The notes beneath the pieces were generated by a model. That model was not told the DNA's origin, searched no databases, and saw only the letters and a program-made list of their open reading frames with translations. Shown here piece by piece: positions 46,171-56,841 of a stretch of DNA of 64,000 bases (its first letter is position 1; the number at the start of each line of letters is the position of its first letter). Source of the DNA: Bacillota bacterium. Lineage in GTDB: Bacteria; Bacillota; Clostridia; Peptostreptococcales; Anaerovoracaceae. Location of the stretch: positions 920 through 64,919 of the forward strand of contig JAUNQD010000002.1 in assembly GCA_030536355.1 (NCBI GenBank), in the 5' to 3' direction. A program made the translations under genes and the position numbers.

Positions 46171-46983
46171 ATGGAATACATCAAAACATTGATACACGGA
46201 ATGCTGCTCGGCATCGCCAACGCCATACCCGGCGTAAGCGGCGGCACAATGGCAGTTGTTCTCAATATATATGACAAAATAATGTACGCCTTGAGCCTGA
46301 AGAATATCAAAGGAAACCTCAAATTTCTCATACCTCTGGGCATAGGTGCGGTCCTCGGTGTTTTTCTTCTCAGCAACGTTATAGTTTCTGCCATGGAAAA
46401 CTACCCTATGGTCCTCAACTTTTGCTTCATAGGTCTGGTACTGGGAAGTCTTCCTGCCATTTATAGAAGAGCCAAAGGCGACGAAATGCATAACCGCAAC
46501 TGGATATTTTTCGTTCTTGGCCTAGGTGTTATGATATTGCTTACTTTTGTAAGCCCTGACGCCACCACCAACAAGACCATCGCTGAATTCGGCGGTGAAA
46601 GCATCGGTTTATGCGCATGGTTTTTCTTCACAGGCGCCATCGGCTGTGTAGCAATGATCCTGCCGGGGCTTTCCGGTTCATTGGTGCTGCTCCTCTTCGG
46701 AACTTACGGCGCCATCATGGAATCCATCGCCACATTCAACTTCATTCTTATCGGCGCAGCAGGCCTGGGTATCCTCACAGGGGGTATCGTAGGCATCAAA
46801 GTGATCAAAAAGATGTTAAGATTCCATCCGCAGGCCCTTTACTTCGCCATCCTCGGTCTGATGGTGGGTTCTATGATAATCATATGGCCGGGATTTGCCA
46901 TGAATACTCAAGGCATAATAGCCTTGGCAGGTTTTGTGGGGTTCACACTCATCGCCTACTTCATGTCTAGAGACAGTGAGTAA
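46171..46983 (+). CDS. DUF368 membrane protein (undecaprenyl-phosphate recycling family)
   Basis: GIANAIPGVSGGTMA and AMILPGLSGS repeats; start set at ATG 46171. Confidence 0.9.
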   Translation: MEYIKTLIHGMLLGIANAIPGVSGGTMAVVLNIYDKIMYALSLKNIKGNLKFLIPLGIGAVLGVFLLSNVIVSAMENYPMVLNFCFIGLVLGSLPAIYRRAKGDEMHNRNWIFFVLGLGVMILLTFVSPDATTNKTIAEFGGESIGLCAWFFFTGAIGCVAMILPGLSGSLVLLLFGTYGAIMESIATFNFILIGAAGLGILTGGIVGIKVIKKMLRFHPQALYFAILGLMVGSMIIIWPGFAMNTQGIIALAGFVGFTLIAYFMSRDSE

Positions 46984-47019
46984 GCCGACGAACCATTCTG
47001 AAGCATACAAAAAATATCG

Positions 47020-47043
47020 AAGGGAGGCATTGCCTCCCTTTTA
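47020..47043. terminator. Bidirectional terminator
   Basis: AAGGGAGGC/GCCTCCCTT stem between convergent genes. Confidence 0.75.
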
Positions 47044-47075
47044 TCATGTCTTTTTCCTGCTTCGTGCCATACGTA

Positions 47076-48224
47076 TCAGATATATCTTCCTGCCAGCTCA
47101 TTCATCTTGATCTCCCATTCATAAGGATCACTATATGTTGCCACCAGCTGGTCCACCGTCTTTTTATGATATGGTGACAGTCTATCCATATCCTCAGGTC
47201 TTCCTACAACAGCAAGTCTTCTTGCTGCCTGATATCGTCTCTTTTCTTCCTCAGGACGCGCCAGATAATCATCTATCATTCCCAACATCTTATCCTTATC
47301 GTGCTTGAGACTTCCCTCAACATCCTGCAAAAGATTTATCATATGATCGCTCACTAGTCTTGTGTCTATGCCATCCGCTTTCTCGATAACAGTTCTGATC
47401 TCGATCAACTTCTCATCATCGCTGCACAAAGTAAGCTCTCCATTCAAGAAATCATCATAAAGACCTGTCCCTGGCTTGATAAATGCAGTCCTGACCCTGA
47501 AAAAGTCAGGATTCACGGCGTTTATCACTTCTGCTGTCCCAAGGGCATTTTCAACCGTAAGTTCTTTGCCTCCCACACCTGGCATGAAGTATACAGAAAG
47601 CTCGATGCCTCCCGCCTTGACATTTCGTCCTGCGATGATTTCCTGCTCAGCAGTAACCCCCTTGTTTATCTTCTTCAGCACGGCATCGGATCCCGTCTCA
47701 AAGCCTGAATGTATCCTGTCCAAACCTGCTGCCTTCAACTCTGCGAATTCTTCCGGACTAACCTTGGCAAGATTTTCTGCACGACCGTAAGAAGTTATCC
47801 TCTTGATCGAAGGAAATGCCTGTTTGAGATAAATGAGCACATCTGTAAGTCTGCCGCTTGACAACGCTGTAGTGTTCCCGTCCTGCAGGAAAACATTTTC
47901 TCCACCGCCGACAAGCCAGTTTGCTATCATATAGAAACACTGCAGTTCGTCTCCGTCGTAGATCTGCAGCTGCCTGTTGAGTCCCGCAATATCCCAGCTG
48001 CCGTCCGGTGCTTGGAATTTTCTTACTCTATCGGCGATGATCACCATATTATCGATGTCTTCTCTGATGCTGTCGGCGCTGTAAGCCTTGAATTTCGTTC
48101 CTCTGTAAAGCTGGCAGAACTTACATTTGTTCCATGTGCAGCCGTTGGTCACCTGCAGCAGCAAACTCTCTGCCTCACTGGGCGGCCTGATAGGTCCTAT
48201 TCTAAAAGTTGCTTGATCTTTCAT
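47076..48224 (-). CDS. Radical SAM protein of unknown function
   Basis: IRPPSEA, CTWNKCKFC (CxxxCxxC), VFLQDGN, HSGFETGSD. Confidence 0.9.
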   Translation of the reverse strand: MKDQATFRIGPIRPPSEAESLLLQVTNGCTWNKCKFCQLYRGTKFKAYSADSIREDIDNMVIIADRVRKFQAPDGSWDIAGLNRQLQIYDGDELQCFYMIANWLVGGGENVFLQDGNTTALSSGRLTDVLIYLKQAFPSIKRITSYGRAENLAKVSPEEFAELKAAGLDRIHSGFETGSDAVLKKINKGVTAEQEIIAGRNVKAGGIELSVYFMPGVGGKELTVENALGTAEVINAVNPDFFRVRTAFIKPGTGLYDDFLNGELTLCSDDEKLIEIRTVIEKADGIDTRLVSDHMINLLQDVEGSLKHDKDKMLGMIDDYLARPEEEKRRYQAARRLAVVGRPEDMDRLSPYHKKTVDQLVATYSDPYEWEIKMNELAGRYI

Positions 48225-48340
48225 ATATAAAACACCCCTTTCCGGTTAATATCACGTGTCATATTTTTGCTGTTTTGATCTTATTGTCTATAATATACAC
48301 CTATTATACCATGTTTGTCCACTTAAAAGGAGATCCGTCC

Positions 48341-49330
48341 ATGTCTTTTAATGAAATCATTTATCGCATCCTTACGGAAGCCGTCATTCCGGGAGTCGGC
48401 AGCATACTCTCATTCATACCGACCATCGCTCTCATGATTTTCGTTTTCGCTTTGCTTCGTGAGTCCGGTATTGTGCGCGGAGAACTGATGCCATTTCTCA
48501 TGGGTTTCAGCTGCTCCGTCCCCGCCATCTTGTCGTGCAGCACCATCCCCGATAAATCTCGCCGCCTTCTGACCGTTTTCCTCATCCCCTATATCTCCTG
48601 CAGTGCCAAACTCCCCGTATACTTACTTCTCTGCTCGGTCTTTTTCCCTGTCTATCCCGCAGCCGTCATCGCAAGTGTTTACCTCATCGGCATACTTATG
48701 ATCATCACAATAAAATGTCTTGTCAAAACGCTTTCAGCTCATCCTTTCATGCAAAGGGCAGATCACATGCAAAAGCCAGTCGTTCCATTCATCCAAAGGC
48801 TCAGGATGCCTTCGGCAAGGGCCATATTTGATGCCGTCAGGGATGTTTGTCTGGGTTTTCTCAAGAAGGCTTTCACCGTGATCCTTCTGGGTTCCATGGT
48901 CATATGGTTTCTTCAAAACTTCGACAGTTCTTTTTCTTTCACAACTGATATCGATGACAGTCTGTTGACCGGTATCGGTGATTTCCTGTCGCCGCTATTC
49001 CGGCCTGTGGGCCTGGGCGACCCGAGAGCCGTCGCGGCTCTCTTAAGCGGCCTGGCTGCCAAAGAGGCCGCTGCCGGCACCCTTGCGGTGCTGGCAGGGT
49101 CGCCCGGGGGCTCCGCCCTTTGCATGATGCTCACAGACATCTTCACCCCTGCATCAGCCTTCAGCTTCATGGTCTTCTGCTTGCTTTATGCCCCATGTGC
49201 AGCTACCCTTGGTGCCATAAAAACCGTCACAGGCAAGTGGAGATATGCCGCCATAGCGCTGGTAGGTCAGACCCTTTTGGCATGGTTCGTTTCATTTCTT
49301 GCTTATAATATTGCTGATATGTTTTTATAA
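48341..49330 (+). CDS. FeoB-like membrane domain only (no GTPase domain)
   Basis: GVGSILSFIP, GFSCSVPA, PYISCSAKLPVY, FLKKAFTVILLGS, LLYAPC; AAGGAG RBS before ATG 48341. Confidence 0.8.
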   Translation: MSFNEIIYRILTEAVIPGVGSILSFIPTIALMIFVFALLRESGIVRGELMPFLMGFSCSVPAILSCSTIPDKSRRLLTVFLIPYISCSAKLPVYLLLCSVFFPVYPAAVIASVYLIGILMIITIKCLVKTLSAHPFMQRADHMQKPVVPFIQRLRMPSARAIFDAVRDVCLGFLKKAFTVILLGSMVIWFLQNFDSSFSFTTDIDDSLLTGIGDFLSPLFRPVGLGDPRAVAALLSGLAAKEAAAGTLAVLAGSPGGSALCMMLTDIFTPASAFSFMVFCLLYAPCAATLGAIKTVTGKWRYAAIALVGQTLLAWFVSFLAYNIADMFL

Positions 49331-49406
49331 TCTTTTTTCCATGAAAACAATGCCAGTTTTTTTGAGTTATTTTATTGTTGTTTTAGTGTAATAAAGCCTC
49401 ATTTTA

Positions 49407-49435
49407 TTGACATGAGAAAGTAGAAAATGTATTCT
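49407..49435 (+). promoter_or_regulatory. sigmaA promoter of hydrogenase operon
   Basis: TTGACA-N17-TATTCT. Confidence 0.7.
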
Positions 49436-49445
49436 ATAACTATGA

Positions 49446-49463
49446 ATGTTAAAGGTTTAACAT
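49446..49463. promoter_or_regulatory. Rex-like operator
   Basis: ATGTTAA-AGGT-TTAACAT, 7-4-7 palindrome close to clostridial Rex consensus TTGTTAA-N4-TTAACAA, just downstream of the -10. Confidence 0.7.
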
Positions 49464-49513
49464 CTGTTAAGGAATTTATGCAGCAACGTTATAACAAAAG
49501 AAAGGAGTTACTC

Positions 49514-50008
49514 ATGAGTAACACATGCACTAACTGTGCAGATGCGCAGGCAAAAGCGCAAAAACTGGATGAAATAGTAGCTAAGTATAAAGATACTCGC
49601 GGCGCTTTGATCCCTGTTCTTCATGAAGCTCAGGAAGTTTATGGCTATCTTCCACTCGAAGTACAGAGAGTTATTGCCGAAAAGCTCAACATCCCACTGG
49701 CTGAAGTATATGGAGTAGTAAGCTTCTATACTCAGTTCTCCATTTATCCTAAAGGACAGTACCAGATCAATGTATGTATGGGTACTGCATGCTACGTTAA
49801 AGGTGCTAATGAAGTTCTCGACAAGTTCAGAACAAGACTTAGTATCGACGTTGGTGAATGCACTGAAGACGGCAAGTTCTCACTTGAAGCTTGCAGATGT
49901 ATCGGCGCCTGCGGACTGGCTCCGGTAGTTACCATCAACGATGAAGTTTACGGTAAGCTGACCGCCGACGATGTTGACGGCATCCTCGACGATTACGAAG
50001 CAAGATAG
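49514..50008 (+). CDS. hydC: [FeFe]-hydrogenase NuoE-like [2Fe-2S] subunit (HydC/HndA)
   Basis: LIPVLHEAQ, VCMGTAC, RCIGACGLAP; start moved to ATG 49514 on AAGGAG RBS. Confidence 0.92.
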   Translation: MSNTCTNCADAQAKAQKLDEIVAKYKDTRGALIPVLHEAQEVYGYLPLEVQRVIAEKLNIPLAEVYGVVSFYTQFSIYPKGQYQINVCMGTACYVKGANEVLDKFRTRLSIDVGECTEDGKFSLEACRCIGACGLAPVVTINDEVYGKLTADDVDGILDDYEAR

Positions 50009-50023
50009 GAAAAGGAGTACAAC

Positions 50024-51910
50024 ATGATCAAAAATTCAAAAGAACTCACTGCACTGAGGGATCATGCGCGTCAGTCCATGGAGATCCGTCTCGACAGACT
50101 GGTAGATCCTTCTCCTGAGAAACACAAAATAGACATCCTCGTATGCGGCGTTGCAGGATGTGCATCTTCCGGATCACTTAAAGTAGCTGATGCGATCGAA
50201 GAGCAGATCAAGGCTAACGGACTTGGCGAAGAAGTAAAAGTCATCAAGACAGGCTGCTTCGGCCTGTGTGCTGAAGGTCCAATCATGATGGTTTGTCCTG
50301 AACACGTTATGTACACTAAGGTAACACCTGAAGATGTTGAGGAGATCTTCGAAGAACACATCAAGGGCGGCAAGATCGTTAAGCGCCTTCTGGCAGGCGA
50401 AAACGAATATGAAGAAATCAAGGACCGTCTCCCTCAGATCCCATTCTTCTCAATGCAGAAGAGGATCGCTCTCAACAACTGCGGCATCATCGATCCCGAA
50501 AACATTGAAGAATACATCGCTCTCGACGGTTATCAGGCTCTGGCTAAGGTTCTCAATGAATATGAGCCGGACGATGTAATAGACGAAATCAAGAAATCAG
50601 GCCTCAGAGGAAGAGGCGGCGGCGGCTTCCCTACAGGTCGTAAATGGGAATCATCCGCAGTAGTACAGGATCACGAAAAATACGTTATCTGTAATGCTGA
50701 CGAAGGTGACCCGGGCGCATTCATGGATAGATCCATCCTGGAAGGAGACCCTCATTCAGTAATCGAAGCTATGATCATCAACGGTTATGCTGTTGGTTCA
50801 CATCAGGGCTACATATACGTAAGAGCTGAGTACCCTGTAGCTGTACAGAGACTCAATGTTGCTATCAAGCAGGCTAAAGAATATGGCTTAATGGTCAAGA
50901 ACATCCTTGGCAAGATCTTCGACTTCGATCTGGAAGTAAGACTTGGCGCCGGCGCATTCGTATGCGGTGAAGGTTCTGCTCTTATGACTTCCATCGAAGG
51001 TAAGAGAGGTGAACCAAGACCTAAACCTCCTAGATCAGCAGAAAAGGGACTTTGGAAGAAGCCTACAGTTCTCAACAACGTAGAAACTTATGCCAATGTG
51101 CCTCAGATCATCAGAAACGGCGCTGACTGGTTCAAGGGTATCGGTACAGAAGGTTCCAAGGGAACTAAGGTATTCGCTCTCGGCGGCAAAATCAACAACA
51201 TCGGTCTCGTTGAAGTTCCTATGGGAACTACACTGAGAGAAATCATCTACGATATCGGCGGCGGTATCCCGGGCGGCAAGGCATTCAAGGCTGCTCAGAC
51301 CGGTGGTCCGTCAGGCGGATGTCTGCCTGCAGACTGTCTCGATACTCCTATCGACTACGATTCGCTGACTAAACTGGGCTCTATGATGGGTTCCGGCGGT
51401 CTGATCGTAATGGACGAAGATACTTGTATGGTCGACCTGGCAAGATTCTTCCTGGACTTCACAGTTGATGAATCATGCGGTAAGTGTCCTCCATGCCGTA
51501 TCGGTACCAAGAGAATGCACGAGATCCTCGTAAGGATCACAGAAGGTAAGGGCGAACCTGAAGACCTGGAAAGACTCGAAGTTCTGGCTAAGAACATCAA
51601 GGCATCTGCTCTTTGCGGACTGGGACAGAGTGCTCCTAACCCTGTACTCTCAACAATGAAATATTTCAGAGACGAATATATGGCTCACGTTGTAGACAAG
51701 AAATGTCCTGCAGGCGTGTGCAAGTCCATGGTTAAGTTCATCATCGATACAGATGTCTGCAGAAACTGCGGTATCTGTAAGAAAAATTGTCCTACAGGAG
51801 CTATCTCCGGAGACAAGAACACTCCATTCGTTATCGATCAGGATAAGTGCGTCAAGTGCGGAGTTTGTATGGAAAAATGTCCATTCAAGTCCATCTACAA
51901 GAACGCGTAG
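50024..51910 (+). CDS. hydB: [FeFe]-hydrogenase NuoF-like NADH/FMN subunit (HydB)
   Basis: GLRGRGGGGFP, NADEGDPGAFMDR, GGPSGG, ESCGKCPPCR, two C-terminal [4Fe-4S] motifs, N-terminal thioredoxin-like Fe-S domain. Confidence 0.95.
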   Translation: MIKNSKELTALRDHARQSMEIRLDRLVDPSPEKHKIDILVCGVAGCASSGSLKVADAIEEQIKANGLGEEVKVIKTGCFGLCAEGPIMMVCPEHVMYTKVTPEDVEEIFEEHIKGGKIVKRLLAGENEYEEIKDRLPQIPFFSMQKRIALNNCGIIDPENIEEYIALDGYQALAKVLNEYEPDDVIDEIKKSGLRGRGGGGFPTGRKWESSAVVQDHEKYVICNADEGDPGAFMDRSILEGDPHSVIEAMIINGYAVGSHQGYIYVRAEYPVAVQRLNVAIKQAKEYGLMVKNILGKIFDFDLEVRLGAGAFVCGEGSALMTSIEGKRGEPRPKPPRSAEKGLWKKPTVLNNVETYANVPQIIRNGADWFKGIGTEGSKGTKVFALGGKINNIGLVEVPMGTTLREIIYDIGGGIPGGKAFKAAQTGGPSGGCLPADCLDTPIDYDSLTKLGSMMGSGGLIVMDEDTCMVDLARFFLDFTVDESCGKCPPCRIGTKRMHEILVRITEGKGEPEDLERLEVLAKNIKASALCGLGQSAPNPVLSTMKYFRDEYMAHVVDKKCPAGVCKSMVKFIIDTDVCRNCGICKKNCPTGAISGDKNTPFVIDQDKCVKCGVCMEKCPFKSIYKNA

Positions 51911-51928
51911 TAAGGAGGCTGCTTAGAT

Positions 51929-53677
51929 ATGAACAAAGTAAATATAACCATAGACGGCATCAAATTATACGTGCCGGAAGATTATACTATCCTGGAAGCT
52001 GCCAAGGAAGTAAGCATCAACATCCCTACTCTTTGCTTCTTGAAAGATGTCAATGAGATCGGCTGCTGCCGTATGTGTCTCGTTGAAGTCAAAGGCTCAA
52101 GCGCACTCCAGGCTGCATGCGTACATCCTGTAAAGGAAGGTATGGAAGTATTCACACATACACCAAAAGTTATGGAAGCCAGAAAGGTAAATCTGGAACT
52201 TATCCTTTCAAATCATAATGCAAGCTGCCAGACTTGTACAAGAAGCTGGATGGACTGCGAACTGCAGGCTCTGGCCAACAAGCTGTCAGTAGATATGGTA
52301 AGATTCGAAGGCGAAAGCAAGAAGCTTCCTCTGGATGTTGGCGTATCCATAGTAAGAGACCCTAACAAGTGCATACTTTGCAGAAGATGCGTAAGTGCTT
52401 GTAAGAACATCCAGACAGTAGGCGTTATCGACATGGTAAACAGAGGATTCAACACTCAGGTAGGTTCACCGTTCGGAATGCCTCTTTCGGAAACTCCATG
52501 TGTCAACTGCGGACAGTGCATCAACTACTGCCCTGTAGGCGCGCTTCATGAAAAAGATGATATCGATAAGGTTTGGGAAGCCATCTACGATCCAACTAAG
52601 CATGTAGTAGTTCAGACTGCTCCTGCTGTAAGAGTTGCTCTCGGAGAAGACTTCGGAATGCCTATCGGTACTCCTGTAACAGGCAAGATGGTAACTGCCC
52701 TCAGAATGCTGGGCGTTGACAAGGTATTCGATACAGATACAGGTGCTGACCTGACTATCATGGAAGAAGTTGCCGAACTTATCGACAGAGTTAGAGGCGG
52801 AGGTAAACTCCCTCTGATCACATCCTGCTCACCAGGATGGATCAAGTTCTGCGAACACAACTTCCCTAACATGCTGGATCACCTGTCTTCATGTAAGTCA
52901 CCTCAGCAGATGTTCGGTTCAGTCCTCAAGTCATACTACGCAGAAAAGAACGGTCTCGATCCTAAGGACGTAGTTGTAGTATCCATAATGCCATGTACAG
53001 CTAAGAAATTCGAAGCTGCAAGACCTGAAATGGAAGTAAACGGCATCAGAGATGTTGACGTAGTTCTGACAACAAGAGAGCTGGGTAAGATGATCTATGA
53101 CATCGGTATCGACTTCCCTGACCTGGGAGATTCAACATTCGATAATCCATTTGGCAATGCTACAGGTGCCGGCGTTATCTTCGGTGCTACAGGCGGTGTT
53201 ATGGAAGCGGCTCTCAGAACAGCAGCTGACCTGTTGACAGGAATCTCAGCTGACAACATCGAATATGAGCCTGTAAGAGGACTTGAAGGCGTTAAAGCTG
53301 CTACAGTACAGGCAGGAGATCTGACCCTCAGAGCTGCTGTCGCTCACGGACTGGGCAACGCAAGAAAACTGATGGAAAAGATCGAAAGCGGCGAAGAAGA
53401 GTTCCACTTCGTAGAAATCATGGCATGCTCCGGCGGATGTGTAAACGGCGGCGGACAGCCTCTGCAGCTGTCCAACGTAAGAAGCTGGACAGACGTAAGA
53501 GCAGAAAGAGCAAAGGGCCTCTACACAGAAGACAGAGGAACTTTCATCAGAAAGTCTCATAACAATCCTGCAGTCAAGAAGCTGTACAAGGAATACCTCG
53601 GTATGGCAGGCGGCAGCAGAGCTCACCAGCTGCTCCACACTCACTACGAAGCAAGAGGAAATTACGAAGACAAATAA
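51929..53677 (+). CDS. hydA: [FeFe]-hydrogenase catalytic subunit, group A3 type (HydA)
   Basis: H-cluster motifs TSCSPGW, MPCTAKKFE, EIMACSGGCVNGGGQP; N-terminal [2Fe-2S], His-ligated and 2x[4Fe-4S] domains. Confidence 0.96.
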   Translation: MNKVNITIDGIKLYVPEDYTILEAAKEVSINIPTLCFLKDVNEIGCCRMCLVEVKGSSALQAACVHPVKEGMEVFTHTPKVMEARKVNLELILSNHNASCQTCTRSWMDCELQALANKLSVDMVRFEGESKKLPLDVGVSIVRDPNKCILCRRCVSACKNIQTVGVIDMVNRGFNTQVGSPFGMPLSETPCVNCGQCINYCPVGALHEKDDIDKVWEAIYDPTKHVVVQTAPAVRVALGEDFGMPIGTPVTGKMVTALRMLGVDKVFDTDTGADLTIMEEVAELIDRVRGGGKLPLITSCSPGWIKFCEHNFPNMLDHLSSCKSPQQMFGSVLKSYYAEKNGLDPKDVVVVSIMPCTAKKFEAARPEMEVNGIRDVDVVLTTRELGKMIYDIGIDFPDLGDSTFDNPFGNATGAGVIFGATGGVMEAALRTAADLLTGISADNIEYEPVRGLEGVKAATVQAGDLTLRAAVAHGLGNARKLMEKIESGEEEFHFVEIMACSGGCVNGGGQPLQLSNVRSWTDVRAERAKGLYTEDRGTFIRKSHNNPAVKKLYKEYLGMAGGSRAHQLLHTHYEARGNYEDK

Positions 53678-53705
53678 ACTGCTCTTTGCATAAAATCAAA
53701 AACTC

Positions 53706-53738
53706 AAAAAGACGTCAACTGATGTTGGCGTCTTTTTT
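53706..53738. terminator. Bidirectional terminator between hyd and atp-extended operons
   Basis: AAAAAGACGTCAAC/GTTGGCGTCTTTTT. Confidence 0.8.
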
Positions 53739-53769
53739 ATGCTATAAACTTGATTTACCTGTTTTGAAT

Positions 53770-54717
53770 TTATATGTACTGCAGCAGTATAGCGAATATC
53801 GGGATGGTTATGATACACATTACTGTTGTGAGCATAACGCCCTTTACAGCGAAGTTGACATCTGCCTTGTACTGTTCAGAGAAAATAACGGAACACATAG
53901 CTACAGGCATCGCTGCTTCTATTATGATGGCTGATGCCAGAAGGCTTCCTGTGCCGATTATCAGCTTGACGAACACCAGACCGATGAGCGGTGTCACTAT
54001 CAGTTTCAGCAGACATACTATGTATGCATGTTTTGCTCTGAATAATTCACGGAAATCCATGTCTGCAAGGTGAGAGCCTATAACTATCATAGCCAGCGGA
54101 CTTGTTATATTCCCTATGGAGTTAAGCGGTCCTGCTATGATATCAGGCAACGTTACCTGACCGATAAATAATGCCAGACCTATGATAAGTCCGAAGAAAC
54201 AAGGATTGAGACTTTCCTTGACAGTCTGCCTTATTATCTCCTGCTTCGTTCTCTTCTCATCTCCCGGTTTGATGATGGCTATGCCGATGGTAAACATGAA
54301 CACGTTATATACAGCATCGCAAAGCGCACCGTATAGGACTGCTTCCTGCCCAAACAGACCGCTGAGTACAGGGAATCCTATGAATCCTGTATTACCGAAC
54401 ATCAGCATGAATGTAAATATTCCTGACTGGGTCGGCGGCAGATTTGCTTTCTTGCTGGCAATACGAGCGATCAACATGGTGAATGCGATTATGATCGAAA
54501 AAATTATGATCGCATATTTACAGTTGTTGAGTATCTCCATGGAGAATTCCATCTGCATGGATACTATGATCAGACAAGGGAATGTTACATTGGTGATAAG
54601 CGATGACATGCCTTCTGCATGCTGTTTAGTAAGGATCCCCATCTTTTTCATTATGTATCCCGGCAGCATTATTATGAATATTTTTGCCAGTGCTATGATT
54701 ATGTCTAATGTTCCCAT
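53770..54717 (-). CDS. AEC (auxin efflux carrier) family transporter
   Basis: NVTFPCLI, FGNTGFIGFP, PLAMIVIG, AAMPVA..S. Confidence 0.9.
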   Translation of the reverse strand: MGTLDIIIALAKIFIIMLPGYIMKKMGILTKQHAEGMSSLITNVTFPCLIIVSMQMEFSMEILNNCKYAIIIFSIIIAFTMLIARIASKKANLPPTQSGIFTFMLMFGNTGFIGFPVLSGLFGQEAVLYGALCDAVYNVFMFTIGIAIIKPGDEKRTKQEIIRQTVKESLNPCFFGLIIGLALFIGQVTLPDIIAGPLNSIGNITSPLAMIVIGSHLADMDFRELFRAKHAYIVCLLKLIVTPLIGLVFVKLIIGTGSLLASAIIIEAAMPVAMCSVIFSEQYKADVNFAVKGVMLTTVMCIITIPIFAILLQYI

Positions 54718-54725
54718 CTATTCTC

Positions 54726-54977
54726 CTAATTCTTCGAGTATATCGTTTTGGTGCTCACACCTTCCAAGGCTCCCAGTTTGCCGGAAAGTGCACTTATGAC
54801 AGTTTGTTCTGCCTCTAAGGCTATGCTGATGATGGACATTTCCTTTTGAGGGTGAGGAACACCCATGCGACCTATTATATACTTTCTGTAATCATGAAGC
54901 AAGGCATTCAGTTTCTCAACCGATGCCTCGTTTTCAACAATTATTCCTATTAAAGCTGTTCTTGTTACGCTATCCAT
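54726..54977 (-). CDS. TM1266-family iron-only hydrogenase system putative regulator
   Basis: TRTALIGIIVEN..LNALLH....IIGRMGVP....SIISI..ALSGKLGAL.GV..K; start moved to 54977. Confidence 0.85.
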   Translation of the reverse strand: MDSVTRTALIGIIVENEASVEKLNALLHDYRKYIIGRMGVPHPQKEMSIISIALEAEQTVISALSGKLGALEGVSTKTIYSKN

Positions 54978-54990
54978 TATAAACTCCCGT

Positions 54991-55428
54991 TTATTTACCG
55001 TGCCTATGGCTGCCTTCCGCCACTTGACCTCTGACATTGGCCTTGGTTATGGCAAGCCTTGCCGCTTCAATATCTCTTGGATCCCCATCATTCTTATGCT
55101 CAGCGAGCCATGCTTCAGCCGCCTCTTTCTCATGCTGAGATCTTTCCTTATCGATATCCTCGGCCCATTCGACTGCATCAGTATAGATGATTATGCTGTC
55201 TTTGACATCAATGAATCCGCCGGCTATGGCTGCAATACGAAAATCATCCTTATTGGCGCCTTCTTCCTGTATCCACAGTTCCCCGATATCCAACAGCTTA
55301 CAGGCCCATGAGTGACCGTACATAAAGCCTTCATCGCCTTCCAGTGTAGTAACGATCACCAGCTCTACGAAGCCGCGGTAAAACATCTTAGAAGGAGTTA
55401 TTATTTCTAATTTGATACTGTTAGCCAT
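54991..55428 (-). CDS. atpC: F1 epsilon subunit
   Basis: KLEIITPS, GGFIDV, DAVEW..DID..R; position after atpD. Confidence 0.9.
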   Translation of the reverse strand: MANSIKLEIITPSKMFYRGFVELVIVTTLEGDEGFMYGHSWACKLLDIGELWIQEEGANKDDFRIAAIAGGFIDVKDSIIIYTDAVEWAEDIDKERSQHEKEAAEAWLAEHKNDGDPRDIEAARLAITKANVRGQVAEGSHRHGK

Positions 55429-55443
55429 AATGATCTCCTCCGG

Positions 55444-56841
<1,398 letters not shown>

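Noticed and set aside
46063-46491. 142-aa minus-strand ORF
   Set aside because: Antisense to the well-supported DUF368 gene; no motif.
50950-51000. HydB CGEGSAL instead of CGEETAL as an inactivating change
   Set aside because: All other NADH/FMN and Fe-S motifs are intact and codon bias suggests strong expression; treated as a natural variant.
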